Of a stretch of DNA of 23,824 bases, positions 8,398 to 17,564 are shown in pieces; within the stretch, counting starts at the first letter, position 1, and each line of letters starts with the position of its first letter. Position numbers and translations under genes: made by a program. A model generated the notes under the pieces. That model saw only the letters and a program-made list of their open reading frames with translations, made no database searches and was not told the origin of the DNA. This stretch comes from Candidatus Methanomethylophilaceae archaeon (GTDB taxonomy: Archaea > Thermoplasmatota > Thermoplasmata > Methanomassiliicoccales > Methanomethylophilaceae): NCBI GenBank assembly GCA_050944155.1, contig JBMNQN010000015.1, forward strand, positions 1 through 23,824. Reading direction: 5' to 3'.

Positions 8398-8657
8398 TGG
8401 CTAAGCTTACGCTTACCGCGGAGTACGATTCGGAAGAAACGGCCCGCTCGGTAGCCGAGGCACTGAATCCCGACAACGGGGATTACGTCCGAACAGACGT
8501 AAACGGAAAAACCGTAACCTTCTTCATGGAGGCGGCTTCGGCCGCTTCCCTGAGGAACACGGCCGACGATCTGCTTGCGTGTCTGAAGATAGCCGAAGAG
8601 GCTTCAGGAATCGTCGGAACCGCTTCTGACTTTGACGGCGACGCCCTTTCCGAATGA
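8397..8657 (+). CDS. pcc1: KEOPS complex Pcc1-like subunit
   Basis: 86 aa from ATG 8397 (TGATG overlap with leuB). Pattern ARSVAEALNPDN...SAASLRNTADDLLACLKIAE is typical of archaeal Pcc1. Confidence 0.72.
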   Translation: MAKLTLTAEYDSEETARSVAEALNPDNGDYVRTDVNGKTVTFFMEAASAASLRNTADDLLACLKIAEEASGIVGTASDFDGDALSE

Positions 8658-10538
8658 CATAATTTCCTTCTGGGTCATCATGGTTCTGCCTACGGCAAGA
8701 ACGTTATCGTTCCCGTCGGTGACTATGACTTCGTCCATGGGTCTTATTCCCGAATCGCACCCGATGACGAACCTGCAGAAGGCATTTCTTCCCTGGGAGA
8801 CGAAGGGAACCGAATCTTCGTTGACTATAACTCTCATATAAGGCGACGGAACGGCTTCGGCGATGCGTTTTGCGCCCTCCGTTTTCAGCGTATACATTCC
8901 GTCTCCCGCCCTCATGGAAAGGACGTGTTCCCCGTCGGAAATAACGTTCCTTATCTTTCCGGTCTTTCTGCTTTTCACCAGCTCGATTTTCCCGCGGAAA
9001 AGAGCCTTTGCGGCGGGAATTCCGAACTGATATCTGGCAACGGCCTTCGCTCTCAGCAGATCCCCGTCGTACTCTTCGTTTCCCGTGTCTTCCACTTCTT
9101 CTATTTTTTTGGTTGCTGCGAATCCGTGTCTTTCCAGGAAAGCCAGCGTAAGCGATGCCATGCGCTCTTCGGTATCCCCGTCCGTTATTCCCGGAAACAG
9201 GGACTGGGACAAAGGATACATTTCGTCCAGTTCGGCGGGAACGGGACCGAAGGGAGTCACTATCAACGGAACGTAACCGTTACGTCTGGCTATGTCGAAT
9301 TCTTTCTCGTAGTAACGTCCGTAGGGCTTGGAGTTGTTGTCTTCGAAAAGGACCGCCTTATCGGAAGAAGGAACGTATCTGGTCATTATTCTGGACGCGT
9401 AACGTTCGAAAACCGGACGGTTGTAGGTTTCGGGCCCGGTGTAGAACAACGCGCCGTCCCTGCTTATCGGGTCGTGCTCTTCCATGAAGCGCCTGTACAT
9501 ACCCAGACGCCTGAGTCCTTCGAGCATTGCGGGGTGCGCGCGGCACCTTATTTCCGCCAGTTCCCAAAGCCTGCCTTCCCGGATGTATCTTTTTATCGTT
9601 TCTATTTCCTGAATAATCTGATAAAGATTGTGTCTGGCTATGTGTCCTTCCCTTTCTTTTGCGGACATCTTTCTGAGGCCTTCGACGGTCTGTCCCCTGC
9701 ATGCGGGGCACTCGCAGTTCAGCGAATGCATGTCCTCCAGTCTGAAGGTCCCGTCGGTGAACATCATTCTTCCGTCCCTTGCGAATTTGGCGTAGGAGGC
9801 GGAATCGAAAAGATCGCATCCCATCAATGTTGCGAAGGCCAAAACCATGGGATGTCCGGCTCCGAAAAGGTGTACGGGCCGGGAGGGATTCATCCCTATC
9901 TTGGAATTCATCACCACGTCCGCCAATTCGGAATAGCGGTACTGTTCCATCAGGGGGACGACACCCCCTATCGGGTGCACGTCGACGTCCATGACGGCCA
10001 TTTTTTCTCCGCAGTATTTTCTCAGGTTGGGATATACGGAGCCCTGTATCACTCCGTTGATCAGCATGTCGCCCTTCATGCCGCAGGCTTCTTCCGTTCT
10101 CCTGAGGGTTTCTTCGACGGCCTCTCCGGTTTTCTCTTCGCTCCAATAAGGTTCGGTGAAAATATCCAGAACGGTTCCTATGTCGGTTCCTATGCTTTTC
10201 TGGTACTCCACGATTTCGGGATTCGTGAGTTCCACCTCTCCGTACATGTGGCTCTGGAAGGTTCCCGAATCTGTCATAATGATCCCGGGGAAATCCAGCA
10301 TTTTGTGCAGACCTTCGCTCTGCGCCTTTTCGCTCAGTTCCGGAGTGTTTTTTATGATGTACGAGTTTGTAATCAGGGCTCCGAATCCGAAATCGTCGTA
10401 AAGTTCTCTGGGAGAAACTGTGTTTATTTTCGGATTCACGACGGGAAGCAGAGCCGGCGTTTCTATCGAACCGGACGCGGTTTCGAAACGGCATATGCGG
10501 GCCAGCCCGTCCCTTCTCAGAAGTTCGAAACTTGCCAT
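8604..10538 (-). CDS. tgtA: Archaeosine tRNA-guanine(15) transglycosylase with C-terminal PUA domain
   Basis: IETPALLPVVNP, MTDSGTFQ, PIGGVVPLME, HLFGAGHP, DLFDSASY, Zn site CECPAC...HNL, and a PUA-like C-terminus. Confidence 0.95.
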   Translation of the reverse strand: MASFELLRRDGLARICRFETASGSIETPALLPVVNPKINTVSPRELYDDFGFGALITNSYIIKNTPELSEKAQSEGLHKMLDFPGIIMTDSGTFQSHMYGEVELTNPEIVEYQKSIGTDIGTVLDIFTEPYWSEEKTGEAVEETLRRTEEACGMKGDMLINGVIQGSVYPNLRKYCGEKMAVMDVDVHPIGGVVPLMEQYRYSELADVVMNSKIGMNPSRPVHLFGAGHPMVLAFATLMGCDLFDSASYAKFARDGRMMFTDGTFRLEDMHSLNCECPACRGQTVEGLRKMSAKEREGHIARHNLYQIIQEIETIKRYIREGRLWELAEIRCRAHPAMLEGLRRLGMYRRFMEEHDPISRDGALFYTGPETYNRPVFERYASRIMTRYVPSSDKAVLFEDNNSKPYGRYYEKEFDIARRNGYVPLIVTPFGPVPAELDEMYPLSQSLFPGITDGDTEERMASLTLAFLERHGFAATKKIEEVEDTGNEEYDGDLLRAKAVARYQFGIPAAKALFRGKIELVKSRKTGKIRNVISDGEHVLSMRAGDGMYTLKTEGAKRIAEAVPSPYMRVIVNEDSVPFVSQGRNAFCRFVIGCDSGIRPMDEVIVTDGNDNVLAVGRTMMTQKEIMSFGKGVAVKVRSGSDDS

Positions 10539-10542
10539 GAAA

Positions 10543-10932
10543 TCACATTATCCTGTTTTTTTCGGCATCCGCATAGGCTTTGGAAATCGCATTTTTCATG
10601 AGGATGTCGGGAATGTCTTCGATATATTCTTTTTTCCAGTCGAGAACCGGTCTTTCGAATTTTATCAGCGAGGGACGCGAGAGGTCGCAGGCGTCTTCGC
10701 TTTCCGGCATTATTATCTCCAGACCGTCGAGAATTTCTCTTACGTTCTTTCCGTTCACGAAAACGTCGTTTTTTCCTTCCGTTTCCGTGAATTTGGCGGA
10801 AATATCCGCGGAAAGCATCTCGTTTACGAGGCCCAGAAGATATCTCTTCATCTCTCCTGATGACTTTCTTCTGATAATCGCATTTTCGGGAGGTTCCGAC
10901 GAATGTCTGTATTCGATATCGACCATGGCCAT
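10543..10932 (-). CDS. Hypothetical protein, weakly DUF2703-like
   Basis: About 129 aa from ATG 10932 (or 10926). NDVFVNGKNVREIL and EDIPDILMKNAI resemble DUF2703 from memory. Ends 4 nt before tgtA, so probably co-transcribed. Confidence 0.6.
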   Translation of the reverse strand: MAMVDIEYRHSSEPPENAIIRRKSSGEMKRYLLGLVNEMLSADISAKFTETEGKNDVFVNGKNVREILDGLEIIMPESEDACDLSRPSLIKFERPVLDWKKEYIEDIPDILMKNAISKAYADAEKNRIM

Positions 10933-11038
10933 GACCCTTCTATATCGGAGCACGATAAAAGACTATTCTCCCGTACGGCTTTCGGGAAGCGGGAAAACAA
11001 AAGACTCAGTTAAATAGTCTTTAGGCGTACACGGGAGC

Positions 11039-11410
11039 ATGCCTCCCCGCGGATCGGACGGTTACAAAATGGTCGTTCTCGTAAGACACGATTTGGGTAT
11101 GTCCAAAGGCAAAGCGGCGGCGCAGGCGGCCCATGCGGCGGTGAACTGCGCATTCGCTTCCAAAAAGAAAGAGCCGTCCAAATTCAAAGAGTGGTACGAT
11201 TCCGGACAGGCCAAAGTCATCCTGAGAGTGGATTCCGAAAGAGATCTCTTCGAATACAAGGCTCAGGCGGAAGCTCTGGGTCTTGTGTGTTCCCTGATAT
11301 GTGACGCGGGAAGAACCCAGCTGGAACCCGGAACGTTCACGTGTCTGGGCATAGGTCCGGACAAAGAAGAAAACATCGATAAAATGACCGGGCAGCTCAA
11401 GATGTTCTGA
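11039..11410 (+). CDS. pth2: Peptidyl-tRNA hydrolase, archaeal/eukaryotic Pth2 type
   Basis: KMVVLVRHDLGMSKGKAAAQAAHAA, GQAKVIL and DAGRTQLEPGTFTCLGIGP. Confidence 0.95.
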   Translation: MPPRGSDGYKMVVLVRHDLGMSKGKAAAQAAHAAVNCAFASKKKEPSKFKEWYDSGQAKVILRVDSERDLFEYKAQAEALGLVCSLICDAGRTQLEPGTFTCLGIGPDKEENIDKMTGQLKMF

Positions 11411-12008
11411 TTCGCCTGCGGAAATTGGTTTTCAGTTCCCTCACGAGAACTTTGAGGTTGTCCCCGGTCATGAACTGGTGCGTTATGCACACTCCGGCGG
11501 CGCCCGCTTCGCCGACTCTGCTTATGTTGTACGGATTCACGCCTCCCGAAGCGTAAACGTCCACTTTCGAGGATTCGCAGATGTCCTGCAGCAGTTCCGT
11601 TCCCAGGCACTCCGCTTCCGGGTCGGTCTGGGAAGGGAATATTCTTCCCACAACCAGATAATCCGCTCCCAGATCCTGGGCGTGTTCCGCCTCGGTTACG
11701 GATTTCACGCGGACGCCCATGGTTGCTCCGCCGTACAGTACGTTTCCGCGGAGAAATTCTTCGTAATTAAGCAGGAGGCTGTCCGCCCCGGTCTCTTTGG
11801 CCACGGAGAAGTGGTTCTCGATTCCGAACTTTATTCCGTTTTCCAGACACACGGGTCTGCATTCGATAGCCAGATACTTCATTTCGGGAATGGAAAGGTC
11901 GGGTTCGTTTAGAATTATCATATCCGGTCCGACTTCCGCTATGGCCGCAAGTCTTTCGCAGAAAGAATTACGTACGAGTTTTCTGTCGGTAACGGCTATA
12001 ATTTTCAA
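11397..12008 (-). CDS. Thiamine-phosphate-synthase-family paralog (TenI-like)
   Basis: TTG start after a strong SD (AGGTGAT). Has IIAVTDRKL, GADYLVVGRIF and VYASGGVN, but the canonical ThiE motifs are degenerate. Confidence 0.7.
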   Translation of the reverse strand: MKIIAVTDRKLVRNSFCERLAAIAEVGPDMIILNEPDLSIPEMKYLAIECRPVCLENGIKFGIENHFSVAKETGADSLLLNYEEFLRGNVLYGGATMGVRVKSVTEAEHAQDLGADYLVVGRIFPSQTDPEAECLGTELLQDICESSKVDVYASGGVNPYNISRVGEAGAAGVCITHQFMTGDNLKVLVRELKTNFRRRIRTS

Positions 12009-12026
12009 AGAATCACCTTTATGCGT

Positions 12027-12839
12027 TCATATCCGGCGGATTTCCAGTATTTTTTCTCTCTCTTCCAGGTCGTAGGATTTCTGATGGTACATTGCGTCGA
12101 AAAGCAGCTGTCTGAAGGTTCCAGGACCCGCGCTTTTTTCGGCAGCGATTTCTCCTGCTATGTTGTACGACGTTATTCCTCCGACCGCGGCTTCGAACGG
12201 GTTGTCCCAGGAACCGAGACAGCATCCGACGACGGCGGACGCCATGCATCCGGAACCGGTGATGAGGCTGAGCAGAGGCGTTCCGTTTCCGAGTTCCGCG
12301 TACATGCCGTTTCCGCACACCCTGTCCACCTGTCCGGTGGATACCGCGGTGCATCTCCATTTTCTTGAAACTTCCCTTACGGCTTCGGCGGGGCTGTCGC
12401 TTCCGGCGGAATCGACTCCGCGGACTTTTCCCCCCATTCCGGAAAGGAAACCGATTTCCCCTTCGTTTCCTTTGATTATGTCCAATTTGACGTTTTTGAG
12501 AATCTTATCGGCGGTTTCGCTTCTGAAAGGAGTGGCTCCCGCGCCCACCGGGTCGAAAAGAACCGGAATTCCCGCGGAGTTTGCGGCCTTTCCGGCAGCA
12601 ATCATGGATCTGACGGTATTCTCGTTCAGAGTACCGATGTTAAGAATCAGGCAGTCGGAAACGGCAACCATGTCCTCCACGTCGTGTATGGAATCCGACA
12701 TTATCGGGGACCCGCCCGCGCATATGGTGATGTTGGCACAGTCGTTTACCGTGACGTAATTGGTAATCTGATGCACGAGGGGAGTTTTCTTTCTGACGGA
12801 TTCCGTTATTTCTGCTGTTCGGATTTCCATGGTTTTCAC
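12027..12839 (-). CDS. thiM: Hydroxyethylthiazole kinase
   Basis: PLVHQITNYVTVNDCAN, LNIGTL, DPVGAGAT-x-FR, IKGNEGEI, ITGSGC and GPGTF. Start is GTG 12839 (overlapping the thiE stop) or ATG 12830. Confidence 0.93.
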   Translation of the reverse strand: MKTMEIRTAEITESVRKKTPLVHQITNYVTVNDCANITICAGGSPIMSDSIHDVEDMVAVSDCLILNIGTLNENTVRSMIAAGKAANSAGIPVLFDPVGAGATPFRSETADKILKNVKLDIIKGNEGEIGFLSGMGGKVRGVDSAGSDSPAEAVREVSRKWRCTAVSTGQVDRVCGNGMYAELGNGTPLLSLITGSGCMASAVVGCCLGSWDNPFEAAVGGITSYNIAGEIAAEKSAGPGTFRQLLFDAMYHQKSYDLEEREKILEIRRI

Positions 12840-13495
12840 TTTTTCAGTTTTCTTTTCGCCGATCGCATTTCCGACTTGACTTTTACGATCTGTTCCGTAA
12901 GTCTGCGGGCCGCTTCCACGGGGTCGTCTTGGTTTACCACTGCGGAAACCACCGCGGCCGAGTCGGCTCCCGCCTTTATGACGTCGCTGACGTTTCCCAG
13001 ATTGATGCCGCCTATGGCGACTATCGGGATGTCGGGAACTGCTTCGCGGATTCCGGTTATGAGATCCAGGCCGAGTCTCTGAAACCCGCCCTTTTTGGTG
13101 TTGGTGCTGAATATGGCTCCGGGGGATACGTAATCGGCACTGTTTTCGTAAGCTTCCACGGCCTGTTCCACAGTGTTTACGGATATTCCGATGATTGCGC
13201 CGTCTCCGATAATCTCCCGGGCATAGGTGAGAGGTATGTCTTCCTGACCCAGATGTACGCCGTCGGCTTCGGACGCCATCGCAATGTCGACCCTGTCGTT
13301 CACGATGAACAGTTTGCCCATTTCATCGGCTATTTCTTTGATTTCTTTGGCCTGTGCCAGCAGTTCTTTTCCGAGAGCGTCCTTCATCCTGAGCTGCACT
13401 ATGTCGGCCCCGCCCTCGTATGCCATTCTGGCAATCTCGGGGTTGGTTCTTCCGCGGGAAAGACCGCGGTCGGTTACAACGTAAAGGTCTATCAT
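12836..13495 (-). CDS. thiE: Thiamine-phosphate synthase
   Basis: LYVVTD, VQLRMK, IVNDRVDIA, GVHLGQED, STNTK and VAIGGIN. SD GAGGAGG. Confidence 0.93.
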   Translation of the reverse strand: MIDLYVVTDRGLSRGRTNPEIARMAYEGGADIVQLRMKDALGKELLAQAKEIKEIADEMGKLFIVNDRVDIAMASEADGVHLGQEDIPLTYAREIIGDGAIIGISVNTVEQAVEAYENSADYVSPGAIFSTNTKKGGFQRLGLDLITGIREAVPDIPIVAIGGINLGNVSDVIKAGADSAAVVSAVVNQDDPVEAARRLTEQIVKVKSEMRSAKRKLKK

Positions 13496-13523
13496 CCGTA
13501 CCCTCCTCGGCGTTTATCGGGGT

Positions 13524-15359
13524 TCACAGTACGCAGCGGGCGCTGAGATCCGAAGGCATGTACATGGGGCGGAAGGGCTTTCCTTCCGTTTCCTTCTTTA
13601 TGCGGGATATCAGTTCTTCCGCGGTCATCTCTATGTCGGTGTTTTCGGATCTGACGTAAACTTTCAGTTTTCCCGTCTCGATCTCTTTTTCTCCCACGAC
13701 GGCCGCGTAGGAACACCAGTCCTGCTTGGAAAGTCTTACTTTCTTTCCCACGGTGGCGTCCGTATCGTCCACGGAAACTCTGATGTCCGCGTTTCTTATT
13801 TTCGCGGCGATTTCCTTTGCCGCGGGAACACACTCTTCGTTTTTGGCCATGATTCTGACCTGTTCGGGATTAATCCAAACGGGCAGATATCCGGGAACTC
13901 CGGTCTTTTCGATTCCCACGGCGGTGTCGAACAGGGTGTACATCCATCTTTCGATGGAACCGATAACGGCGCAGTGCAGGATGACGGGGTACTGTTTTTC
14001 TCCCTTCTCGTCGGAATACGTGATGCCGAACCTGTGTGCGTTGCCCACATCGATCTGCACGGTTCCGATCTCTCTGGGTCTGTTCATCTGGTCGAGAATG
14101 TGGTATTCGATATTCACGGTCCAGTAGTAGTTGATGCCTTCGGGATAGATGTGTACGAGAGCGTCTCTTTTGTGATCGTTGCACAGTTTCACGATAAGCT
14201 CCTTGTTCTCTTCGTAGGCTTTCCTGGAAGAGAAGTTGACCAGCATTTCGTAGTCCCTTCCGATCTTTCCGATTTCGCCGTAAATCTTTCCGTCGAGGAA
14301 GCGGAATCTGTCTCTGGCATCGGGTTCGGAAGCACAGAGAACGTGGAAGTCGGGCATGTTGAGCCTTCTGGTTCTGAAGCAGAGCATACACTCTCCGGAC
14401 TGTTCCATTCTGTACGAGTCGGCGATTTCCAGAGCTCCCATGGGGAGGTTTTTGTAACTTATGTTCCAGTTGCGCATCATGGCGAACTGCTGGTGGCACG
14501 CAGCATACCTCATGACGAACTTTTTCTTTCCGGTGTCAATCGTGTAAAGCCTGTCGCCGAAAAGGTCGGCGTGTTCTTTCACGGCAGGCTCGCTGAGTGA
14601 GAACATATTGGTTCCTTTGACGTTGTAAACGTTGAATCCGGATCCGTTAACCACTTTGGAAGCGTAATCTGCAATCAGGTCGAACATCATGGCGCCGTGG
14701 GGAGCGAGACACATATGTCCCGCGTCGGACATGGCTTCCCACTGTATTCCGAACTTTTTGCAGAGTCTCAGGTATTCTGGTTCCTTTACGGCGGGAGCCT
14801 CCATTCCGAGGGCTTCCTTCTGAATCATGAACCTCATGCACTCGGAACCGTTTTCGTAGCTCTCGGCGGGAATTTCTTTTCCTTCGGGGGTGAGCACGAA
14901 GTAGGTGTCCCCGCCTTTGGGCGCGGCTTTCTTGGCTTTTCCCTCGAAGTCCCTGGAAAGTTCGGAGAGGGGATGTCCCTTGCATTTGATTTCGAATGCC
15001 TTGTACCATCCGAAAGGAGCTCTGATTACCTCGGTGCCCGCCTCGGAAACGGCTTTTTCGATCATATCCAGAATCTTTATTCCCGCTTTGGGTTCGGCCA
15101 GATCTTTGCTCAGATGGGCGTAGGGGTAAAGCATCACTCTTTCGGCGCCCACTTTTTCTTTCGTCGAAAGAATGTCTTCGGCGGCTTCGGTCGCCACATC
15201 GGCGGCGGAATCCTCGTCTTTGCTCTCTACGCTTATGAACGCAACCAGAACTTCCTTCATATTTCCGCTGCGGAGGTTCTCGGGTATGTCCTCGGCGACT
15301 TTGGTCTTGTCTTTGGCTTCGAACTCCATGGAGTCCGCGTGAATATACAGCGCTTTCAT
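13524..15359 (-). CDS. thrS: Threonyl-tRNA synthetase, archaeal type
   Basis: Archaeal N-terminal editing domain (YPYAHLS, APFGWYKAF, CKGHPLSELSR); catalytic domain RYAAC, SYRMEQSGE, MPDFH, ILHCAVIGSIER; C-terminal anticodon-binding domain. Confidence 0.96.
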   Translation of the reverse strand: MKALYIHADSMEFEAKDKTKVAEDIPENLRSGNMKEVLVAFISVESKDEDSAADVATEAAEDILSTKEKVGAERVMLYPYAHLSKDLAEPKAGIKILDMIEKAVSEAGTEVIRAPFGWYKAFEIKCKGHPLSELSRDFEGKAKKAAPKGGDTYFVLTPEGKEIPAESYENGSECMRFMIQKEALGMEAPAVKEPEYLRLCKKFGIQWEAMSDAGHMCLAPHGAMMFDLIADYASKVVNGSGFNVYNVKGTNMFSLSEPAVKEHADLFGDRLYTIDTGKKKFVMRYAACHQQFAMMRNWNISYKNLPMGALEIADSYRMEQSGECMLCFRTRRLNMPDFHVLCASEPDARDRFRFLDGKIYGEIGKIGRDYEMLVNFSSRKAYEENKELIVKLCNDHKRDALVHIYPEGINYYWTVNIEYHILDQMNRPREIGTVQIDVGNAHRFGITYSDEKGEKQYPVILHCAVIGSIERWMYTLFDTAVGIEKTGVPGYLPVWINPEQVRIMAKNEECVPAAKEIAAKIRNADIRVSVDDTDATVGKKVRLSKQDWCSYAAVVGEKEIETGKLKVYVRSENTDIEMTAEELISRIKKETEGKPFRPMYMPSDLSARCVL

Positions 15360-15487
15360 CGAATCTGTCCTCTTTCCGTCCTCGCAGAAAGGGCGGTACC
15401 TTAAATGCGGATAAGATGGGATGTATTAAAAAGTGTCCGAAATTCCTCGTCAGATATTAATACAGGGGTTTCTTTTCTCGTTTCGGC

Positions 15488-16366
15488 ATGGCAAGGGATT
15501 CTGCAAAGAAGAGGGATATCGAGCCCATCTTCGCCATAAGCATGGTAGTGTTTTTGATTGCATCGGTTGCAGTCATAGGCGTGTTTATCGACGACAGATA
15601 CGTAAGCGGTCCCAACAGAGAGGTTCCCGTAATCACCGCGGGTTCCGTGGTAGAAGTGGATTACACCGGTTCCCTGTATGGATATTACGACAAAGACGGG
15701 TCGCTCATTTTCGACACCAGCGTAAAGCAGAATTCCGTCGATTATCCGACGATTGCGGATTACAAGAGAACTTCGTTCTCCACGTTTAAGGTGACGCCGG
15801 GAAGCGGCGGGGCTCTGGAGGACTTCGAAAAAAAGCTGATCGGCAAGAAAGTCGGCGACACGGTACGCGTAACCGTGGAACCTGCGGACGGATATCCCGC
15901 CGAGAATAAAGATGTCGTAAAGGCGGCAGAGATACCGGTGCTGCAGACCATGACCAAAGAAGAGTTCGGCAATCTTTACGACGAGACCCTTCCCGCCATG
16001 GGAACCGTAACGATAACCACCGTATACGGATGGAAAGCGTCCGTTTCCGTCGACACCATAAGCGATACGGTCAAGATCGAACACAAGCCCGAAGAGGGAG
16101 AATCCTACGATCTTAAAAACAACGAAAAGAACGAGTACGGCAAGGCAACCGCCGAAGTGACCGGCATCGATTCCGGAAAAATCAGTTATAAACTCGGCGT
16201 TAGAGACGAAGTTGCTTCCGGCGACGGATTCAAGATGATTTGGTTCGACCTCGGAAACACGAAGTTCTACGCCTTCGGAGACGACGGAACCGTGCTCAAG
16301 ACCACCGAAAACCCCGCTGCCGGAGCGAAGCTGTACTTCGTCATCAAAGTTATTTCATTCACATGA
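15488..16366 (+). CDS. Membrane-anchored FKBP-type peptidyl-prolyl isomerase (SlyD-like, with insert domain)
   Basis: N-terminal TM segment (IFAISMVVFLIASVAVIGVFI), then VEVDYTG...IFDTS, FEKKLIGKKVGD-x4-TVEPADGY and C-terminal NPAAGAKLYFVIKV. Confidence 0.8.
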   Translation: MARDSAKKRDIEPIFAISMVVFLIASVAVIGVFIDDRYVSGPNREVPVITAGSVVEVDYTGSLYGYYDKDGSLIFDTSVKQNSVDYPTIADYKRTSFSTFKVTPGSGGALEDFEKKLIGKKVGDTVRVTVEPADGYPAENKDVVKAAEIPVLQTMTKEEFGNLYDETLPAMGTVTITTVYGWKASVSVDTISDTVKIEHKPEEGESYDLKNNEKNEYGKATAEVTGIDSGKISYKLGVRDEVASGDGFKMIWFDLGNTKFYAFGDDGTVLKTTENPAAGAKLYFVIKVISFT

Positions 16367-17149
16367 GACGTCCGGATTGACAATTTCGTCACCCTTTCCC
16401 GCGGAGTACTGGGTCTCTATGGATTTCTGAATCATTGCTCTGGATTTCAGGACGGATTCTTTCAGATCCCTTCCGGACGCCAGGTGCGCCGTTATAAAAG
16501 ACGAGAGAACGCATCCGCTTCCGTGTCCGGAAACTCCGATCCTGGGATATTCCGTTTTAATGAGTTCCGAACCGTCGTACAGATAATCGGTAACGGTTTC
16601 GGTTTCCATGTGCCCTCCTTTGAGATATACGGGGCAGATTTCTCCGATTTTCTCGCATGCTCTGACTGCATCGTCTTCTGTTCTCACGGAAAATCCCGTG
16701 AGGAGTTCGGCTTCGTATCTGTTGGGAGTCACGAGACGCCCCAGAGGGAGAAGTTCCTCCTTTATTGCTTCTGCGAGACCCTTCCTCGAAAGGGAACCCC
16801 CTACTCCCGCCGCGGTGACGGGATCGATGACCAGAGGAATTTTTTTATCTTCGAAAACTCCGGCAACCGTGCGGACGGTTTCGGGACTGTAAAGCATACC
16901 GGTTTTGGCGGCCTTTATGTCAAAATCGGAAAGAACGGATTCAAACTGTGCCAGTATCATATTCTGAGGAACCGGAAACACTTCGGAAACCTTCACGGTG
17001 TTCTGGGCGGTTACCGCGGTTACCACGCACGCGCAGTGCACTCCGCAGGCTTCCATGGCCTTTACGTCTGCCTGAATTCCTGCTCCTCCCGCGGAATCGG
17101 AGCCCGCCGCGGTCAGTGCGGTTATTTTTCTGCGTTTTCCGCTTTCCAT
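16355..17149 (-). CDS. thiD: Hydroxymethylpyrimidine / phosphomethylpyrimidine kinase
   Basis: AGSDSAGGAGIQADVK, TAVTAQNT, KTGML, TPNRYEA, LKGGH and HGSGC. 264 aa, no ThiN fusion. Confidence 0.92.
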   Translation of the reverse strand: MESGKRRKITALTAAGSDSAGGAGIQADVKAMEACGVHCACVVTAVTAQNTVKVSEVFPVPQNMILAQFESVLSDFDIKAAKTGMLYSPETVRTVAGVFEDKKIPLVIDPVTAAGVGGSLSRKGLAEAIKEELLPLGRLVTPNRYEAELLTGFSVRTEDDAVRACEKIGEICPVYLKGGHMETETVTDYLYDGSELIKTEYPRIGVSGHGSGCVLSSFITAHLASGRDLKESVLKSRAMIQKSIETQYSAGKGDEIVNPDVSCE

Positions 17150-17198
17150 GCTTACGCAATGACAAAAGAGATTAATAAAGTGACCAGGATTACGGGGC

Positions 17199-17564
17199 GT
17201 GAAAGTCTACAGCACTCATTTTGTTTTAAAAGGAAAAGCGAGCTACAAGGATTTGGCCCCTGTGTTCCCGCAGATTCTGGAGGTGCTGCTGGATAAAATC
17301 GACCAGCTTCCCGAAGAAGAGGAAATCATGCAGATGTACATCACGCAGAACATGGACGATCTTCTGAAGGACCGCAAACCCGAAGGTTACAACCGCAAAG
17401 GAAAGATCAGACTGATTTTCCCCATCGGCAGCAAAGAGTTCTATCTCAAGAGCTACAGCAAAAACACCGACCTGCTTACGGTATCCGATAAAATTTCCGA
17501 GATTCTGACCGGAGCGGGAATCAAATTCGAAACCAGGCAGGACGACCGCATCGATTTTGAATGA
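17199..17564 (+). CDS. Hypothetical protein
   Basis: 121-aa GTG ORF that fills the gap between thiD and argH. No motif recognised. Confidence 0.7.
   Translation: MKVYSTHFVLKGKASYKDLAPVFPQILEVLLDKIDQLPEEEEIMQMYITQNMDDLLKDRKPEGYNRKGKIRLIFPIGSKEFYLKSYSKNTDLLTVSDKISEILTGAGIKFETRQDDRIDFE

Noticed and set aside
13519-13550. TPP-riboswitch-like GGGG...GCTGAGA near thiE
   Set aside because: Wrong strand for thiE, mostly inside the thrS coding end, and the remaining TPP core motifs are missing.
15391-15400. T-box-like GGGCGGTACC near the thrS start
   Set aside because: Opposite strand to thrS, lacks the UGGN bulge, and there is no room for stem I.
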